From the IMG/VR virus record IMGVR_UViG_2534682162_000005: a stretch of 37,194 nucleotides of DNA; one strand, given 5' to 3'. Positions 1 to 8,385 of this stretch are shown one piece after another; within the stretch, counting starts at the first letter, position 1, and each line of letters begins with the position of its first letter. A program made the position numbers and the translations under genes. Origin of the DNA: a virus. Its lineage: Duplodnaviria > Heunggongvirae > Uroviricota > Caudoviricetes. The notes beneath the pieces were generated by a model. The model was not told the origin of the DNA. It saw only the letters and a program-made list of their open reading frames with translations, and did no database searches.

Positions 1-1248
1 ATGGCACTGAATATTCCATTCAGAAATGCGTACTATCGTTTTGCATCCAGTTACTCATTTCTCTTTTTTATTTCCTGGTCGCTGTGGTGGTCGTTATACG
101 CTATTTGGCTGAAAGGACATCTAGGGTTGACAGGGACGGAATTAGGTACACTTTATTCGGTCAACCAGTTTACCAGCATTCTATTTATGATGTTCTACGG
201 CATCGTTCAGGATAAACTCGGTCTGAAGAAACCGCTCATCTGGTGTATGAGTTTCATCCTGGTCTTGACCGGACCGTTTATGATTTACGTTTATGAACCG
301 TTACTGCAAAGCAATTTTTCTGTAGGTCTAATTCTGGGGGCGCTATTTTTTGGCTTGGGGTATCTGGCGGGATGCGGTTTGCTTGATAGCTTCACCGAAA
401 AAATGGCGCGAAATTTTCATTTCGAATATGGAACAGCGCGCGCCTGGGGATCTTTTGGCTATGCTATTGGCGCGTTCTTTGCCGGCATATTTTTTAGTAT
501 CAGTCCCCATATCAACTTCTGGTTGGTCTCGCTATTTGGCGCTGTATTTATGATGATCAACATGCGTTTTAAAGATAAGGATCACCAGTGCGTAGCGGCA
601 GATGCGGGAGGGGTAAAAAAAGAGGATTTTATCGCAGTTTTCAAGGATCGAAACTTCTGGGTTTTCGTCATATTTATTGTGGGGACGTGGTCTTTCTATA
701 ACATTTTTGATCAACAACTTTTTCCTGTCTTTTATTCAGGTTTATTCGAATCACACGATGTAGGAACGCGCCTGTATGGTTATCTCAACTCATTCCAGGT
801 GGTACTCGAAGCGCTGTGCATGGCGATTATTCCTTTCTTTGTGAATCGGGTAGGGCCAAAAAATGCATTACTTATCGGAGTTGTGATTATGGCGTTGCGT
901 ATCCTTTCCTGCGCGCTGTTCGTTAACCCCTGGATTATTTCATTAGTGAAGTTGTTACATGCCATTGAGGTTCCACTTTGTGTCATATCCGTCTTCAAAT
1001 ACAGCGTGGCAAACTTTGATAAGCGCCTGTCGTCGACGATCTTTCTGATTGGTTTTCAAATTGCCAGTTCGCTTGGGATTGTGCTGCTTTCAACGCCGAC
1101 TGGGATACTCTTTGACCACGCAGGCTACCAAACAGTTTTCTTCGCAATTTCGGGTATTGTCTGCCTGATGTTGCTATTTGGCATTTTCTTCTTGAGTAAA
1201 AAACGCGAGCAAATAGTTATGGAAACGCCTGTACCTTCAGCAATATAG
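1..1248 (+). CDS. cscB: Sucrose:H+ symporter CscB (MFS, LacY-type oligosaccharide permease), 415 aa
   Basis: Full-length ORF from track; N-terminus MALNIPFRNAYYRFASSYSFLFFISWSLWWS and overall sequence match my recollection of E. coli CscB; 12-TM-like hydrophobic pattern. Confidence 0.9.
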   Translation: MALNIPFRNAYYRFASSYSFLFFISWSLWWSLYAIWLKGHLGLTGTELGTLYSVNQFTSILFMMFYGIVQDKLGLKKPLIWCMSFILVLTGPFMIYVYEPLLQSNFSVGLILGALFFGLGYLAGCGLLDSFTEKMARNFHFEYGTARAWGSFGYAIGAFFAGIFFSISPHINFWLVSLFGAVFMMINMRFKDKDHQCVAADAGGVKKEDFIAVFKDRNFWVFVIFIVGTWSFYNIFDQQLFPVFYSGLFESHDVGTRLYGYLNSFQVVLEALCMAIIPFFVNRVGPKNALLIGVVIMALRILSCALFVNPWIISLVKLLHAIEVPLCVISVFKYSVANFDKRLSSTIFLIGFQIASSLGIVLLSTPTGILFDHAGYQTVFFAISGIVCLMLLFGIFFLSKKREQIVMETPVPSAI

Positions 1249-1689
1249 ACGTAAACTTTTTCCGGTTGTTGTCGATAGCTCTATATCCCTCAACCGGAAA
1301 ATAATAATAGTAAAATGCTTAGCCCTGCTAATAATCGCCTAATCCAAACGCCTCATTCATGTTCTGGTACAGTCGCTCAAATGTACTTCAGATGCGCGGT
1401 TCGCTGATTTCCAGGACATTGTCGTCATTCAGTGACCTGTCCCGTGTATCACGGTCCTGCGAATTCATCAAGGAATGCATTGCGGAGTGAAGTATCGAGT
1501 CACGCCATATTTCGCTATCAGGATTCTGTGTGATGGTTACATCGCCCGGCTCAGGGCTGTTTAGTCATCAGCGCTTTCTGACAGTGCTGAGATTTCAACC
1601 TGTTGCAGTAAAAATGAGTAGATATAAGGCAAGTGTGCTGCCAAACCCATCTTTTACGGGGTGAAGGTAGATTTCGTTTGAAGGGTATC

Positions 1690-1704
1690 TGGTGTCCCCT
1701 GCAG
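1690..1704 (-). other. Putative attR core: 15-nt match to 3' end of tRNA-Arg (argW-like), CTGCAGGGGACACCA on minus strand
   Basis: Plus strand reads tggtgtcccctgcag; reverse complement ends in ...GGGGACACCA, the acceptor 3' strand plus CCA that I recall for argW. Lies between host cscB side and torI. Confidence 0.5.
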
Positions 1705-1777
1705 ACATCTACTTGACGAGGCAGGGGATTGATTGGAATGGTGTTTTTTAGATATGAGAAATATTTTACCCGCTATT

Positions 1778-1978
1778 TTACCCATTGGCGCGGCTTAAGA
1801 GCTTATTTTTGAATTCACAATGGTCACGATATAACCATCTTGCTCGCCCGTGGATAACTTTGGCTTTAGGCAGGTCTCCGGACTTAATCCGGTCATAGAT
1901 GAAGGTCTTACCAAAGCCAGTATCAGCCATGATGAATTTCAAATCAACCAGTGAATCAGGCTGTAGTTCGTGTTGCAT
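1778..1978 (-). CDS. torI: Excisionase / recombination directionality factor TorI (AlpA-Xis family), 66 aa
   Basis: ORF from track; MQHELQPDSLVDLKFIMADTGFGKTFIYDRIKSGDLPKAKVIHGRARWLYRDHCEFKNKLLSRANG matches my recollection of E. coli TorI (KplE1 prophage excisionase); adjacent to att core. Confidence 0.8.
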   Translation of the reverse strand: MQHELQPDSLVDLKFIMADTGFGKTFIYDRIKSGDLPKAKVIHGRARWLYRDHCEFKNKLLSRANG

Positions 1979-1996
1979 GAGTGCTATCTCCGAATA

Positions 1997-2013
1997 GGGA
2001 ATCGAACCTGCAA
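1997..2013 (-). other. tRNA T-arm-like fragment (TTGCAGGTTCGATTCCC on minus strand)
   Basis: Plus strand gggaatcgaacctgcaa; reverse complement contains the GGTTCGATTCC T-loop motif and matches the argW T-arm region as I recall it; not a complete tRNA. Confidence 0.4.
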
Positions 2014-2023
2014 ATCAGGCAAT

Positions 2024-2043
2024 AAAAAACCGCCATCAGGCGG
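2024..2043 (-). terminator. Rho-independent terminator (minus strand) between early-left genes and torI
   Basis: Stem ccgcc(2030-2034)/ggcgg(2039-2043), loop atca; A6 run 2024-2029 on plus strand gives a U-run after the stem on the minus strand. Confidence 0.5.
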
Positions 2044-2109
2044 CTTGGTGTTCTTTCAGTTCTTCAAATCGAATATTGGTTACATTGTTTTCATATATGA
2101 ATAAATAAA

Positions 2110-2289
2110 TTAGCTTTTTCCGTTGCCTTCGCGATCTTTATTAATTTTGACAAACTCGTTTTTACCACGCTCTCCAAATGCGTCTTTAGAGTCGTTGTAT
2201 CCGCAATCGCAGCACACATAATCACCAGACCATCCACGCATTGTTTTTTCTTTTGCAATATTTCCAGAACCGCATTTTGGACAAGACAT
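2110..2289 (-). CDS. Small zinc-ribbon protein (two CxxC pairs), about 59 aa
   Basis: Track ORF 2110..2322; internal Met at 2289 preferred because GGAGG lies 7 nt upstream; MSCPKCGSGN...CCDCGYND has CPKC and CDCG motifs. Confidence 0.55.
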   Translation of the reverse strand: MSCPKCGSGNIAKEKTMRGWSGDYVCCDCGYNDSKDAFGERGKNEFVKINKDREGNGKS

Positions 2290-2385
2290 ATCACTACCTC
2301 CAAAGCATGAGTGAGATGACAACGTAACATTGATTGGAGATTAACAATAGATTGCTGATGTAAAAGATATGTATAAGCTTCGCTT

Positions 2386-3126
2386 TCAAAGTGGAGGCTC
2401 TGGTAGCGGCATCCAGTGAGTTACGTCATCCAAGATATTTCCTGATAAATACGTGAAAGCTCTATATTTTTTGTAATCAATTGGATTTACAACCCAGTTC
2501 CAATATGCGGCCACGATTTCACCTTGACTAAATGCCAGTAACATTTTGGTGTCTTCCGGCATTCGATCACTACAGCTTATCCAACCATCCGGAATTACCG
2601 GATAGTTGCCAGCCAGTCTACGCAACACAGCCTTAACCGCCTCAATACGGTCATCATCAACTTTTTCTACAATATTGGAATTTAAATACTTCGAAGCCTT
2701 GCTATGCCAATCGCTGGTTTTAGGGTCTTGTCCATCCATCAAACGCCAAGCTTCAGCGATTAACTCATAGCCAGTAACAGTGGCTTCCTGCGCATCACCA
2801 ATCAGTTGTGTGATCTCTCTTTCAAGCATGCTTAGAGCGTTAGGCATTGGTTTTTCTTCCGGTACTACTGGCGCTGGAGGGGCGGCATAAACAGGAATAA
2901 CGTCCGATTGCTCTTTATTGCTTTCATCCGTTAAAGCCCAGAATAATTTTCCAGCCGGATGTTTGAAAATATAAGCAACTGGTTCTGCTTCCAGCGATGC
3001 CAGCGCCAACTTGAACGCCTGAAGCTCAATGGCACTGTTGGTATCCAGTCCAAACGGTAATTCATCACGATTGGCTTCGTATTCAGCGATAGTTTGCTTC
3101 AGCCATTCTTTGGTTAGTTCAGCCAT
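2386..3126 (-). CDS. Phage protein with C-terminal DUF551-like domain, about 246 aa
   Basis: Track ORF 2386..3177; start moved to Met at 3126 (MAELTKEW) to avoid overlap with upstream gene; C-terminus ...THWMPLPEPPL is typical of DUF551 as I recall it. Confidence 0.6.
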   Translation of the reverse strand: MAELTKEWLKQTIAEYEANRDELPFGLDTNSAIELQAFKLALASLEAEPVAYIFKHPAGKLFWALTDESNKEQSDVIPVYAAPPAPVVPEEKPMPNALSMLEREITQLIGDAQEATVTGYELIAEAWRLMDGQDPKTSDWHSKASKYLNSNIVEKVDDDRIEAVKAVLRRLAGNYPVIPDGWISCSDRMPEDTKMLLAFSQGEIVAAYWNWVVNPIDYKKYRAFTYLSGNILDDVTHWMPLPEPPL

Positions 3127-3130
3127 ATCC

Positions 3131-3547
3131 CTAATTCCCCTTGATGCTGACTTTGACGCCAACCTTGCGAATCTCATCGGCGCATCTGTTCACGATACTC
3201 CGGTGAAACTCACAAAAAATTTTCGCCGACTGCGGCCCTAATGGGTGAACATCGTGCGCACGCGGCAGTACAACCTCCCGCGCCTCCATGTCAGCAATCC
3301 GCTTGTCTTTGGCTTCCAGCTCATCCAGTAATTCCAGCACGGTAGCCGGATTAGCCTTGGCAACAAAGTCCCGGACTGGCTTACAATCAATCTCCGCAAT
3401 GGGTTGATACGATGTGTAGCCATGCTGTCTTGTATAACTACCGTGACGAATAACGAAAAAATCACCATTTATTTTTTTAGCCTGCCACTTATCTTCACCG
3501 GCTTTCTCCGCCGCTTCACGCAGTGCCTGATAGTCAATCTTGTTCAT
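3131..3547 (-). CDS. Ead/Ea22-like early-left phage protein, 138 aa
   Basis: Track ORF; N-terminus MNKIDYQALREAAEKA resembles the Ead/Ea22 family of lambdoid prophages. Confidence 0.6.
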   Translation of the reverse strand: MNKIDYQALREAAEKAGEDKWQAKKINGDFFVIRHGSYTRQHGYTSYQPIAEIDCKPVRDFVAKANPATVLELLDELEAKDKRIADMEAREVVLPRAHDVHPLGPQSAKIFCEFHRSIVNRCADEIRKVGVKVSIKGN

Positions 3548-3548
3548 G

Positions 3549-3848
3549 TCACATCACCCTGAATCCGTTGCATTTACGTAAGAAATCGCAGATATAGCCC
3601 TTCATTTTTTCATGCCAATCTCGATCATTCCCATTGCACCAACCATCAGGTGGAGTCCAGTTTTCTATCAGAGCAGCCATTTTCTTTGCTTTCGCCGGAG
3701 TAGCTGTTGCGGTATCGCAGTAATGACGAGTGTTAACCAACGCATCCATACCATCGATATCAAGTACGCAAAACCATGTGTGATTCGGCATTTCAACAGA
3801 TGGTATTTGTTGCCCACGTCGACGTTTATCAATAAGACATACAGTCAT
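3549..3848 (-). CDS. Hypothetical early-left phage protein, 99 aa
   Basis: Track ORF tightly packed (stop/start adjacency) in the leftward operon; no recognisable motif. Confidence 0.5.
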   Translation of the reverse strand: MTVCLIDKRRRGQQIPSVEMPNHTWFCVLDIDGMDALVNTRHYCDTATATPAKAKKMAALIENWTPPDGWCNGNDRDWHEKMKGYICDFLRKCNGFRVM

Positions 3849-4390
3849 GGTTCCACCTTCTCTATTTGCTTAAGACCGTCTCTCACTGCATTAAGTACGC
3901 GTTCCAGATACTGGTATTTCGGGTTTGGTGCCGTTGGCCAGTCGGCATACCACGGATCATCACCAAAGAGATTCAGCAGTTTGTTACCGACACCGAAACA
4001 ACAGCAGCTTTCTTTTACGTCATCGGCGTTTTCCGCCTCGTCCCACATTTCTCGAGCCTGTACCGCGTCGATTTCTCTCTCTCTTCGTAACTTTATGATT
4101 TCTGACTTCACGAAAAGCAGATTTGCATCGTTGTCATCGTCGACCGTGCTTCGCAGTTGAGGGTCGAAATAGCCGATTAGATACTCGTTGCTGACCCGCT
4201 TAATGAACGTCTGCACATCATCACCGCCCATAGCAAACCAAGCCGCAGTCCACGCTTTTCCGTAGCAGGTGATGGTGATTCTTCCCTTACCAGGTTCGTA
4301 GTTTTCAATCATCACTCGAACCGGATCTAGTCGCTCTGCACCGGTTATAACGAATGACAACACATCAATCTTTTCAACCGTTACACTCAC
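3845..4390 (-). CDS. Hypothetical early-left phage protein, 181 aa
   Basis: Track ORF, 4-nt start/stop overlaps with neighbours typical of a phage operon. Confidence 0.55.
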   Translation of the reverse strand: MSVTVEKIDVLSFVITGAERLDPVRVMIENYEPGKGRITITCYGKAWTAAWFAMGGDDVQTFIKRVSNEYLIGYFDPQLRSTVDDDNDANLLFVKSEIIKLRREREIDAVQAREMWDEAENADDVKESCCCFGVGNKLLNLFGDDPWYADWPTAPNPKYQYLERVLNAVRDGLKQIEKVEP

Positions 4391-4887
4391 TGGTTGCCTC
4401 CTTTGCGAAGCTGGTCGGCGAACAAACGTACACCAGACGCTTCACTGCGTAGAAACTTAACGGCATCATCAAAACCACCTCGTTCTGCGTCGTCTGCTCC
4501 GTTGTCGAGGTTATCTGCGTACATCTCTACCCCCTGCGCCCGTACTTCAGCCAGGAAAGCATCGGTGGCTGGGGTGTCTGATTGCAGAGACTTTGCGCGA
4601 TAGTCATTCCACCCTCTTGCATACATGGGATTAACTTGCACTCCATCTTTTACGCAATATGCCTGCCCTCCACGGTTGATAACCTTGATTTCGCCCATAG
4701 CGCCAGACTTCAGCCCCGCATTCTCCGCTGCCAGCGCCGCGCACTTGGCCTCCGCTTCAGCAAATTTACGCACCAGATATTCAGCGTTTGTTTCGTTAAC
4801 CTTTAAATCACTTGGGATGCATTTACCTTTCAGAAATCCATCCATCTCAATTAGTGTCATTTGTTTCATTTCTTCCCACTCCGCCAC
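4387..4887 (-). CDS. Hypothetical early-left phage protein (possibly Ead/Ea22-like), 166 aa
   Basis: Track ORF; acidic C-terminal region; position and composition like ea genes. Confidence 0.5.
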   Translation of the reverse strand: MAEWEEMKQMTLIEMDGFLKGKCIPSDLKVNETNAEYLVRKFAEAEAKCAALAAENAGLKSGAMGEIKVINRGGQAYCVKDGVQVNPMYARGWNDYRAKSLQSDTPATDAFLAEVRAQGVEMYADNLDNGADDAERGGFDDAVKFLRSEASGVRLFADQLRKGGNQ

Positions 4888-5048
4888 ATCGCATTCAGAT
4901 ATTTGTTTTGATTCACTGATGGAAAAGAATTTCTCTTAAGCAATTCCTCTCTCGATGGCATTGGCTTTACGCGTTGGCGAATAATCATTTCTGCCGGAAG
5001 AATGCCGGGATTGTATGCAAGTCCTCTCATGGTAAATTCCTCAGTCAT
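4866..5048 (-). CDS. Small hypothetical protein, about 60 aa (translationally coupled)
   Basis: Track ORF 4866..5183 overlaps the upstream gene; Met at 5048 overlaps the stop of the 98-aa gene in an ATGA arrangement. No SD seen. Confidence 0.35.
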   Translation of the reverse strand: MTEEFTMRGLAYNPGILPAEMIIRQRVKPMPSREELLKRNSFPSVNQNKYLNAMWRSGKK

Positions 5049-5337
5049 TACTGATAGCGCCATAGCGTGAGCGGTAATTACGCAGGCGCGGGTCGATATA
5101 TTCAGGGAAGCGGGTATATGTGGCTTTGCGGAATGGTCGGATTGATGTCTGGTAAATTCGCTCTCGTTCTTCTTTCTCTGCAAGCCATATACAGTGGCGA
5201 AATTCCTTTTCCTTTTTCGTTTCCTGCGGTAGCGACATTATCCGGTCGTAGTTTTTCCTGAATTTATCCAGCACCTCCGATACGGAATTGCCGGAACAGC
5301 GGCGCACGTCGTCCGCACCATACAGAGGCGCTGGCAT
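5041..5337 (-). CDS. Hypothetical protein, 98 aa, immediately downstream of erf-ssb (Abc2-like position)
   Basis: Track ORF; AAGGA about 8 nt upstream of the start; size and position resemble P22 anti-RecBCD Abc2 but the sequence is not recognised. Confidence 0.5.
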   Translation of the reverse strand: MPAPLYGADDVRRCSGNSVSEVLDKFRKNYDRIMSLPQETKKEKEFRHCIWLAEKEERERIYQTSIRPFRKATYTRFPEYIDPRLRNYRSRYGAISND

Positions 5338-5360
5338 AATGGGATCCTTATGTTGCTACT

Positions 5361-5744
5361 TTAGAAGGGAATTGAATCGTCGTATTCAGGATGATTTTGA
5401 TGATTGCTACTTTGCTGCTGTTGGCTGTTTCCTGAAGTTGCAAATCCAATCTTTGCATTCAGTAATTCAAGAGTGATTGATTGACCATTTTGCCCCTGAT
5501 AAACATCAACCCTGATGTTTTCTCCGGTAATTTCCACAATGCCACCTTCAACAAGAACACTACGGTAGTAATCCGCTTGCGCTCCCGGCTTGGCAAATAC
5601 AACGGCGCTGTAGTTTGTCCATTCTTTCTTTTTTGTCTGGCGATCGTAATACTGAACTCCAGCACGGATGTTGAATCCGATATTTTCCCCGGCCTGAAAC
5701 TCTCTTGCGGGCTTGTTTAGTCTTACAGTAATCGAATGTGCCAT
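5361..5744 (-). CDS. ssb: Phage single-stranded DNA-binding protein (SSB), about 127 aa
   Basis: Start ATG at 5742-5744 overlaps the erf stop (TAATG); C-terminus ends ...PEYDDSIPF, the acidic SSB tail motif; Q/G-rich linker before it. Confidence 0.8.
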   Translation of the reverse strand: MAHSITVRLNKPAREFQAGENIGFNIRAGVQYYDRQTKKKEWTNYSAVVFAKPGAQADYYRSVLVEGGIVEITGENIRVDVYQGQNGQSITLELLNAKIGFATSGNSQQQQSSNHQNHPEYDDSIPF

Positions 5745-6349
5745 TAAGCAGCCGCTCCTTCTAATTCGTCTCGTCTGATGTTGTAAACGTCCTGCGCTTT
5801 GTGCTGCTCCGGTGTGCCTTCGAGCATCTTCCACGCTTTGGCGAACGCCTGTTTAAGCTCTTCTACGGTGTTTTTCTGCATTGCTGCGTCAGTGAATGCT
5901 TTTAGAACCTGTTCAGGTGTAGGTGATGGTTTTGATTGCTTTGCTGCTGCGTTCTGCTGATGTTTATGCTCGTCTGTATCTGCATCTTTCGCATCATCAA
6001 TGCCGAACAAACCATTGAGGCAATACTTGCGTGCATAAGAGCTTGTAGCTCCCGTAACTTGTGCAGAATCCATTCCTTTCTTGCTTTCTTCCTCTCGTGC
6101 AAGAGCGGTTGCCGTATGACTGTTTTCGCCATCGGTAATAGTTGCCGTGGCTTTCACGTAATACCGATCACCAATCAACACAACTTCATCGCTGATTGAT
6201 AAAAACAGACCATTCAGTAACGGCTTAACGCCTTCAAGAATGTCTTCGCAGCTTCTGTATTTATATTTACCGAATGAGTTGTACTGATTCTTGGGCGCGT
6301 TCAGATTTTCCTGAATAGCTGCCAGTCTTGCGTAAAATTCTTTGCTCAT
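5744..6349 (-). CDS. erf: ERF-family single-strand annealing recombinase (P22 Erf-like), about 201 aa
   Basis: Track ORF 5744..6379; MSKEFYARLAAIQENL...ATSSYARKYCLNGLFGIDD resembles the Erf family; start at 6349 or 6379 is uncertain. Confidence 0.8.
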   Translation of the reverse strand: MSKEFYARLAAIQENLNAPKNQYNSFGKYKYRSCEDILEGVKPLLNGLFLSISDEVVLIGDRYYVKATATITDGENSHTATALAREEESKKGMDSAQVTGATSSYARKYCLNGLFGIDDAKDADTDEHKHQQNAAAKQSKPSPTPEQVLKAFTDAAMQKNTVEELKQAFAKAWKMLEGTPEQHKAQDVYNIRRDELEGAAA

Positions 6350-6359
6350 ATGATTGTTC

Positions 6360-6530
6360 TCAGAATGGACATGGCCCAAGGAAATAACGCTGATTTAATA
6401 CTTCGACTCGGGACAAATTAAGGCATACCCGCATTCCTTCGCGGTCGCCATTATGGCGATACCAGAGAGCTTTCTGCGTGTACATGCGTCTCTGTAACTT
6501 GCTCTCCTTCACTGTGGTTGCAAGTGACAT
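6360..6530 (-). CDS. Small ORF, 56 aa (arf-like position upstream of erf)
   Basis: Hand-translated minus-strand ORF MSLATTVKESKLQRRMYTQKALWYRHNGDREG..., GGAGA 5 nt upstream of ATG; overlaps an alternative 52-codon frame (6451..6609). Confidence 0.3.
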   Translation of the reverse strand: MSLATTVKESKLQRRMYTQKALWYRHNGDREGMRVCLNLSRVEVLNQRYFLGPCPF

Positions 6531-6605
6531 GAATATCTCCTTCGTTACCGATTAATTCTTTCATCTGACGAATGAATTCTTCGTCTGACCAGTTATCTGT
6601 AAAAC

Positions 6606-6758
6606 TCATTTCCTGCGATACCACGGAAGGTTGATAGCTGATTTCATAGCTTTATTTGCTTCAAGCCACATTTTTGAATCACCAATAAATCTGGCTATTA
6701 CTGCTTTGTTTTGTGCTGCACGAAGCATCTGGTGATTGATGGCTATTTCATTGCGCAT
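6606..6758 (-). CDS. kil: Kil-like small host-killing protein, 50 aa
   Basis: Hand-translated MRNEIAINHQMLRAAQNKAVIARFIGDSKMWLEANKAMKSAINLPWYRRK; the IARFIGDSKMW segment resembles lambda Kil as I recall it; sits between cIII and erf as in lambda/P22. Confidence 0.45.
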   Translation of the reverse strand: MRNEIAINHQMLRAAQNKAVIARFIGDSKMWLEANKAMKSAINLPWYRRK

Positions 6759-6874
6759 AATAAGACCTCAACTCTTTTCCATCCGTCACGTAATTTACGG
6801 GTGATTCGTTCAAGTAAAGATTCATTTAGTTGGAAGGCACCCATGCGAGCGCCTCCCGCGATTGCGTAAATCAT
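6743..6874 (-). CDS. cIII: CIII-like FtsH inhibitor, 43 aa
   Basis: Hand-translated MIYAIAGGARMGAFQLNESLLERITRKLRDGWKRVEVLLCAMK; contains the ESLLERITRKLRDGWKR core that I recall from lambda CIII; AAGGAA SD upstream. Confidence 0.7.
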   Translation of the reverse strand: MIYAIAGGARMGAFQLNESLLERITRKLRDGWKRVEVLLCAMK

Positions 6875-6898
6875 GGGTGGTTCCTTATGTTGGTTTTA

Positions 6899-7867
6899 TT
6901 AGTAGGTTATTTTTGTTGCGAATACTTCGCCTTTTACGATGGCTGTTATGATATTTTTAGCAACATCTTCTGATGCACCAACCTTGATAAGGTCAGCAAG
7001 TATTTTGTTATTTACTTCTTTCCGGTGAGCTTTATCCTTTGCTCTACGCTCTTCTTCGTCCTTGATTCTTTTTTCTTCTGCTATTCTGGCTTGCTCTTTT
7101 GCTTCAGCTTCGCGCCGGATTCGTTCAGCCTCCTCCTGTGCTTTTCGGCGTTCTGCTTCAATTGCCGCCTGCTTTTCTCTTTCAGCTCGTTCTGCTGCCT
7201 CTTTTGCTTCGCGCTGTGCTCGTTGCTCGGCTTCAATGCGTTCACGCTCTGCACGTTCCGCTGCTGCCTTAGCTTCTGCTTCTCGCCTTGCTGCTGCTTC
7301 AATTTCGGATTTTGCCTTTGCTTCGGCTTCTGCTCTGGCTTTCTCTTCAGCTTCTCTTTTTAAGCGTTCTTCATGCTCTCGCTTTTCCTGCTCTGCTTTG
7401 AGTCTTGCCTCTTCTCTTTTGCGGTCAAATTCGCGATCCATCAAAATCGCTATTTCATGGTCAGACTCAATTTGCTTTGCGAGAGCTTCAGCTGCTGCCT
7501 TAGCTTCTTCTTCGGCTTTAATCCGTGCCTGTTCCTCCTCATAATCAGTAAGAGGCTGGCGCGCCTTGGCTTTCAGTTCATCAAGGCGATCGCGCACTGT
7601 CTTGCGGTTGGCATCAATTAGCTTTGGAATTTCCTTCAGTTCAGCAACAAGGTCTTTGCCAAGACCATCGAGATATGTTTTCGTCTGCGCAACTTTATAC
7701 GCCAGAGAAGCGATCTCCTTTCTGCCCTTTGCCGTTGTGATATCAGGCACAAAGGACATAACTTCACGTTCAACCTTTTGAAGGATTTCTTCAATCTGGT
7801 CGGCAGACTTAAATACAGTCATTGCATTTGCTTTTTCAATAACAACTAAATCTGTTACTTCACTCAT
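6899..7867 (-). CDS. Coiled-coil protein with long charged E/A/K/R repeat region, about 322 aa
   Basis: Track ORF 6899..7921; start at Met 7867 (MSEVTDL) has GGAGG 4 nt upstream; central about 170 aa are EAKAAAE/REAEEKARAEAEAK-type repeats. Confidence 0.6.
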   Translation of the reverse strand: MSEVTDLVVIEKANAMTVFKSADQIEEILQKVEREVMSFVPDITTAKGRKEIASLAYKVAQTKTYLDGLGKDLVAELKEIPKLIDANRKTVRDRLDELKAKARQPLTDYEEEQARIKAEEEAKAAAEALAKQIESDHEIAILMDREFDRKREEARLKAEQEKREHEERLKREAEEKARAEAEAKAKSEIEAAARREAEAKAAAERAERERIEAEQRAQREAKEAAERAEREKQAAIEAERRKAQEEAERIRREAEAKEQARIAEEKRIKDEEERRAKDKAHRKEVNNKILADLIKVGASEDVAKNIITAIVKGEVFATKITY

Positions 7868-7879
7868 ATATCCTCCATC

Positions 7880-7906
7880 AAAAAAATTGCCCTCACACTG
7901 GAGGGC
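7880..7906 (-). terminator. Rho-independent terminator (tL-like) upstream of the coiled-coil gene
   Basis: Stem gccctc(7889-7894)/gagggc(7901-7906), loop acactg; A7 run 7880-7886 on plus strand gives a U-run on the minus strand. Confidence 0.45.
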
Positions 7907-8012
7907 AAAGAAGATTTCCAATAATCAGAACAAGTCGGCTCCTGTTTAGTTACGAGCGACATTGCTCCGTGTATTCACTCGTTGGAATGAATACACAGTG
8001 CTTATTCGCAGC

Positions 8013-8339
8013 CTACATAATCATTCCGGTTATTATTACCATTTCAACATCACTATCTTTCATAATGATTGGGGTTGAGTTATCAACTTTACTTTTACTC
8101 CATTTTCCTGCATCAGTTTTTACCGCTTCACAATAAGAAATCCAATCATCATCACAATGTTCTGGATCACTGATTCTGACAAGAACTCGTGATAGTGCTT
8201 TTTCGATACTTTCATCACAATTAGCATTTGTGTAATTTCCGTGAGACAATTTCAAATCGTTAACTTCATCTTCATTGGCATCAAAAATATAGATTTCAGT
8301 CGACTCTGGAACATTTTCATAAACCATTAAAACTTTCAT
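8013..8339 (-). CDS. Acidic hypothetical protein, about 108 aa, in AT-rich cassette
   Basis: Track ORF 8013..8459 appears to use a non-ATG start; first ATG at 8339 (MKVLMVYENVPE...). D/E-rich; very AT-rich coding sequence. Confidence 0.5.
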   Translation of the reverse strand: MKVLMVYENVPESTEIYIFDANEDEVNDLKLSHGNYTNANCDESIEKALSRVLVRISDPEHCDDDWISYCEAVKTDAGKWSKSKVDNSTPIIMKDSDVEMVIITGMIM

Positions 8340-8385
8340 TTTTACCCCATATTGTTTATGCCAAAAATAAAGTCGGCTATGCGCC

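Noticed and set aside
350-998. Short ORFs on both strands within cscB
   Set aside because: Embedded in or antisense to a well-supported 415-aa permease gene.
7025-7781. Several overlapping ORFs on both strands (112, 160, 82, 71 and 73 aa) inside the coiled-coil gene
   Set aside because: Low-complexity Cys/Ser/Phe or Ala/Ser-rich translations produced by the repetitive GC-rich codons of the minus-strand gene; artefacts of the repeat.
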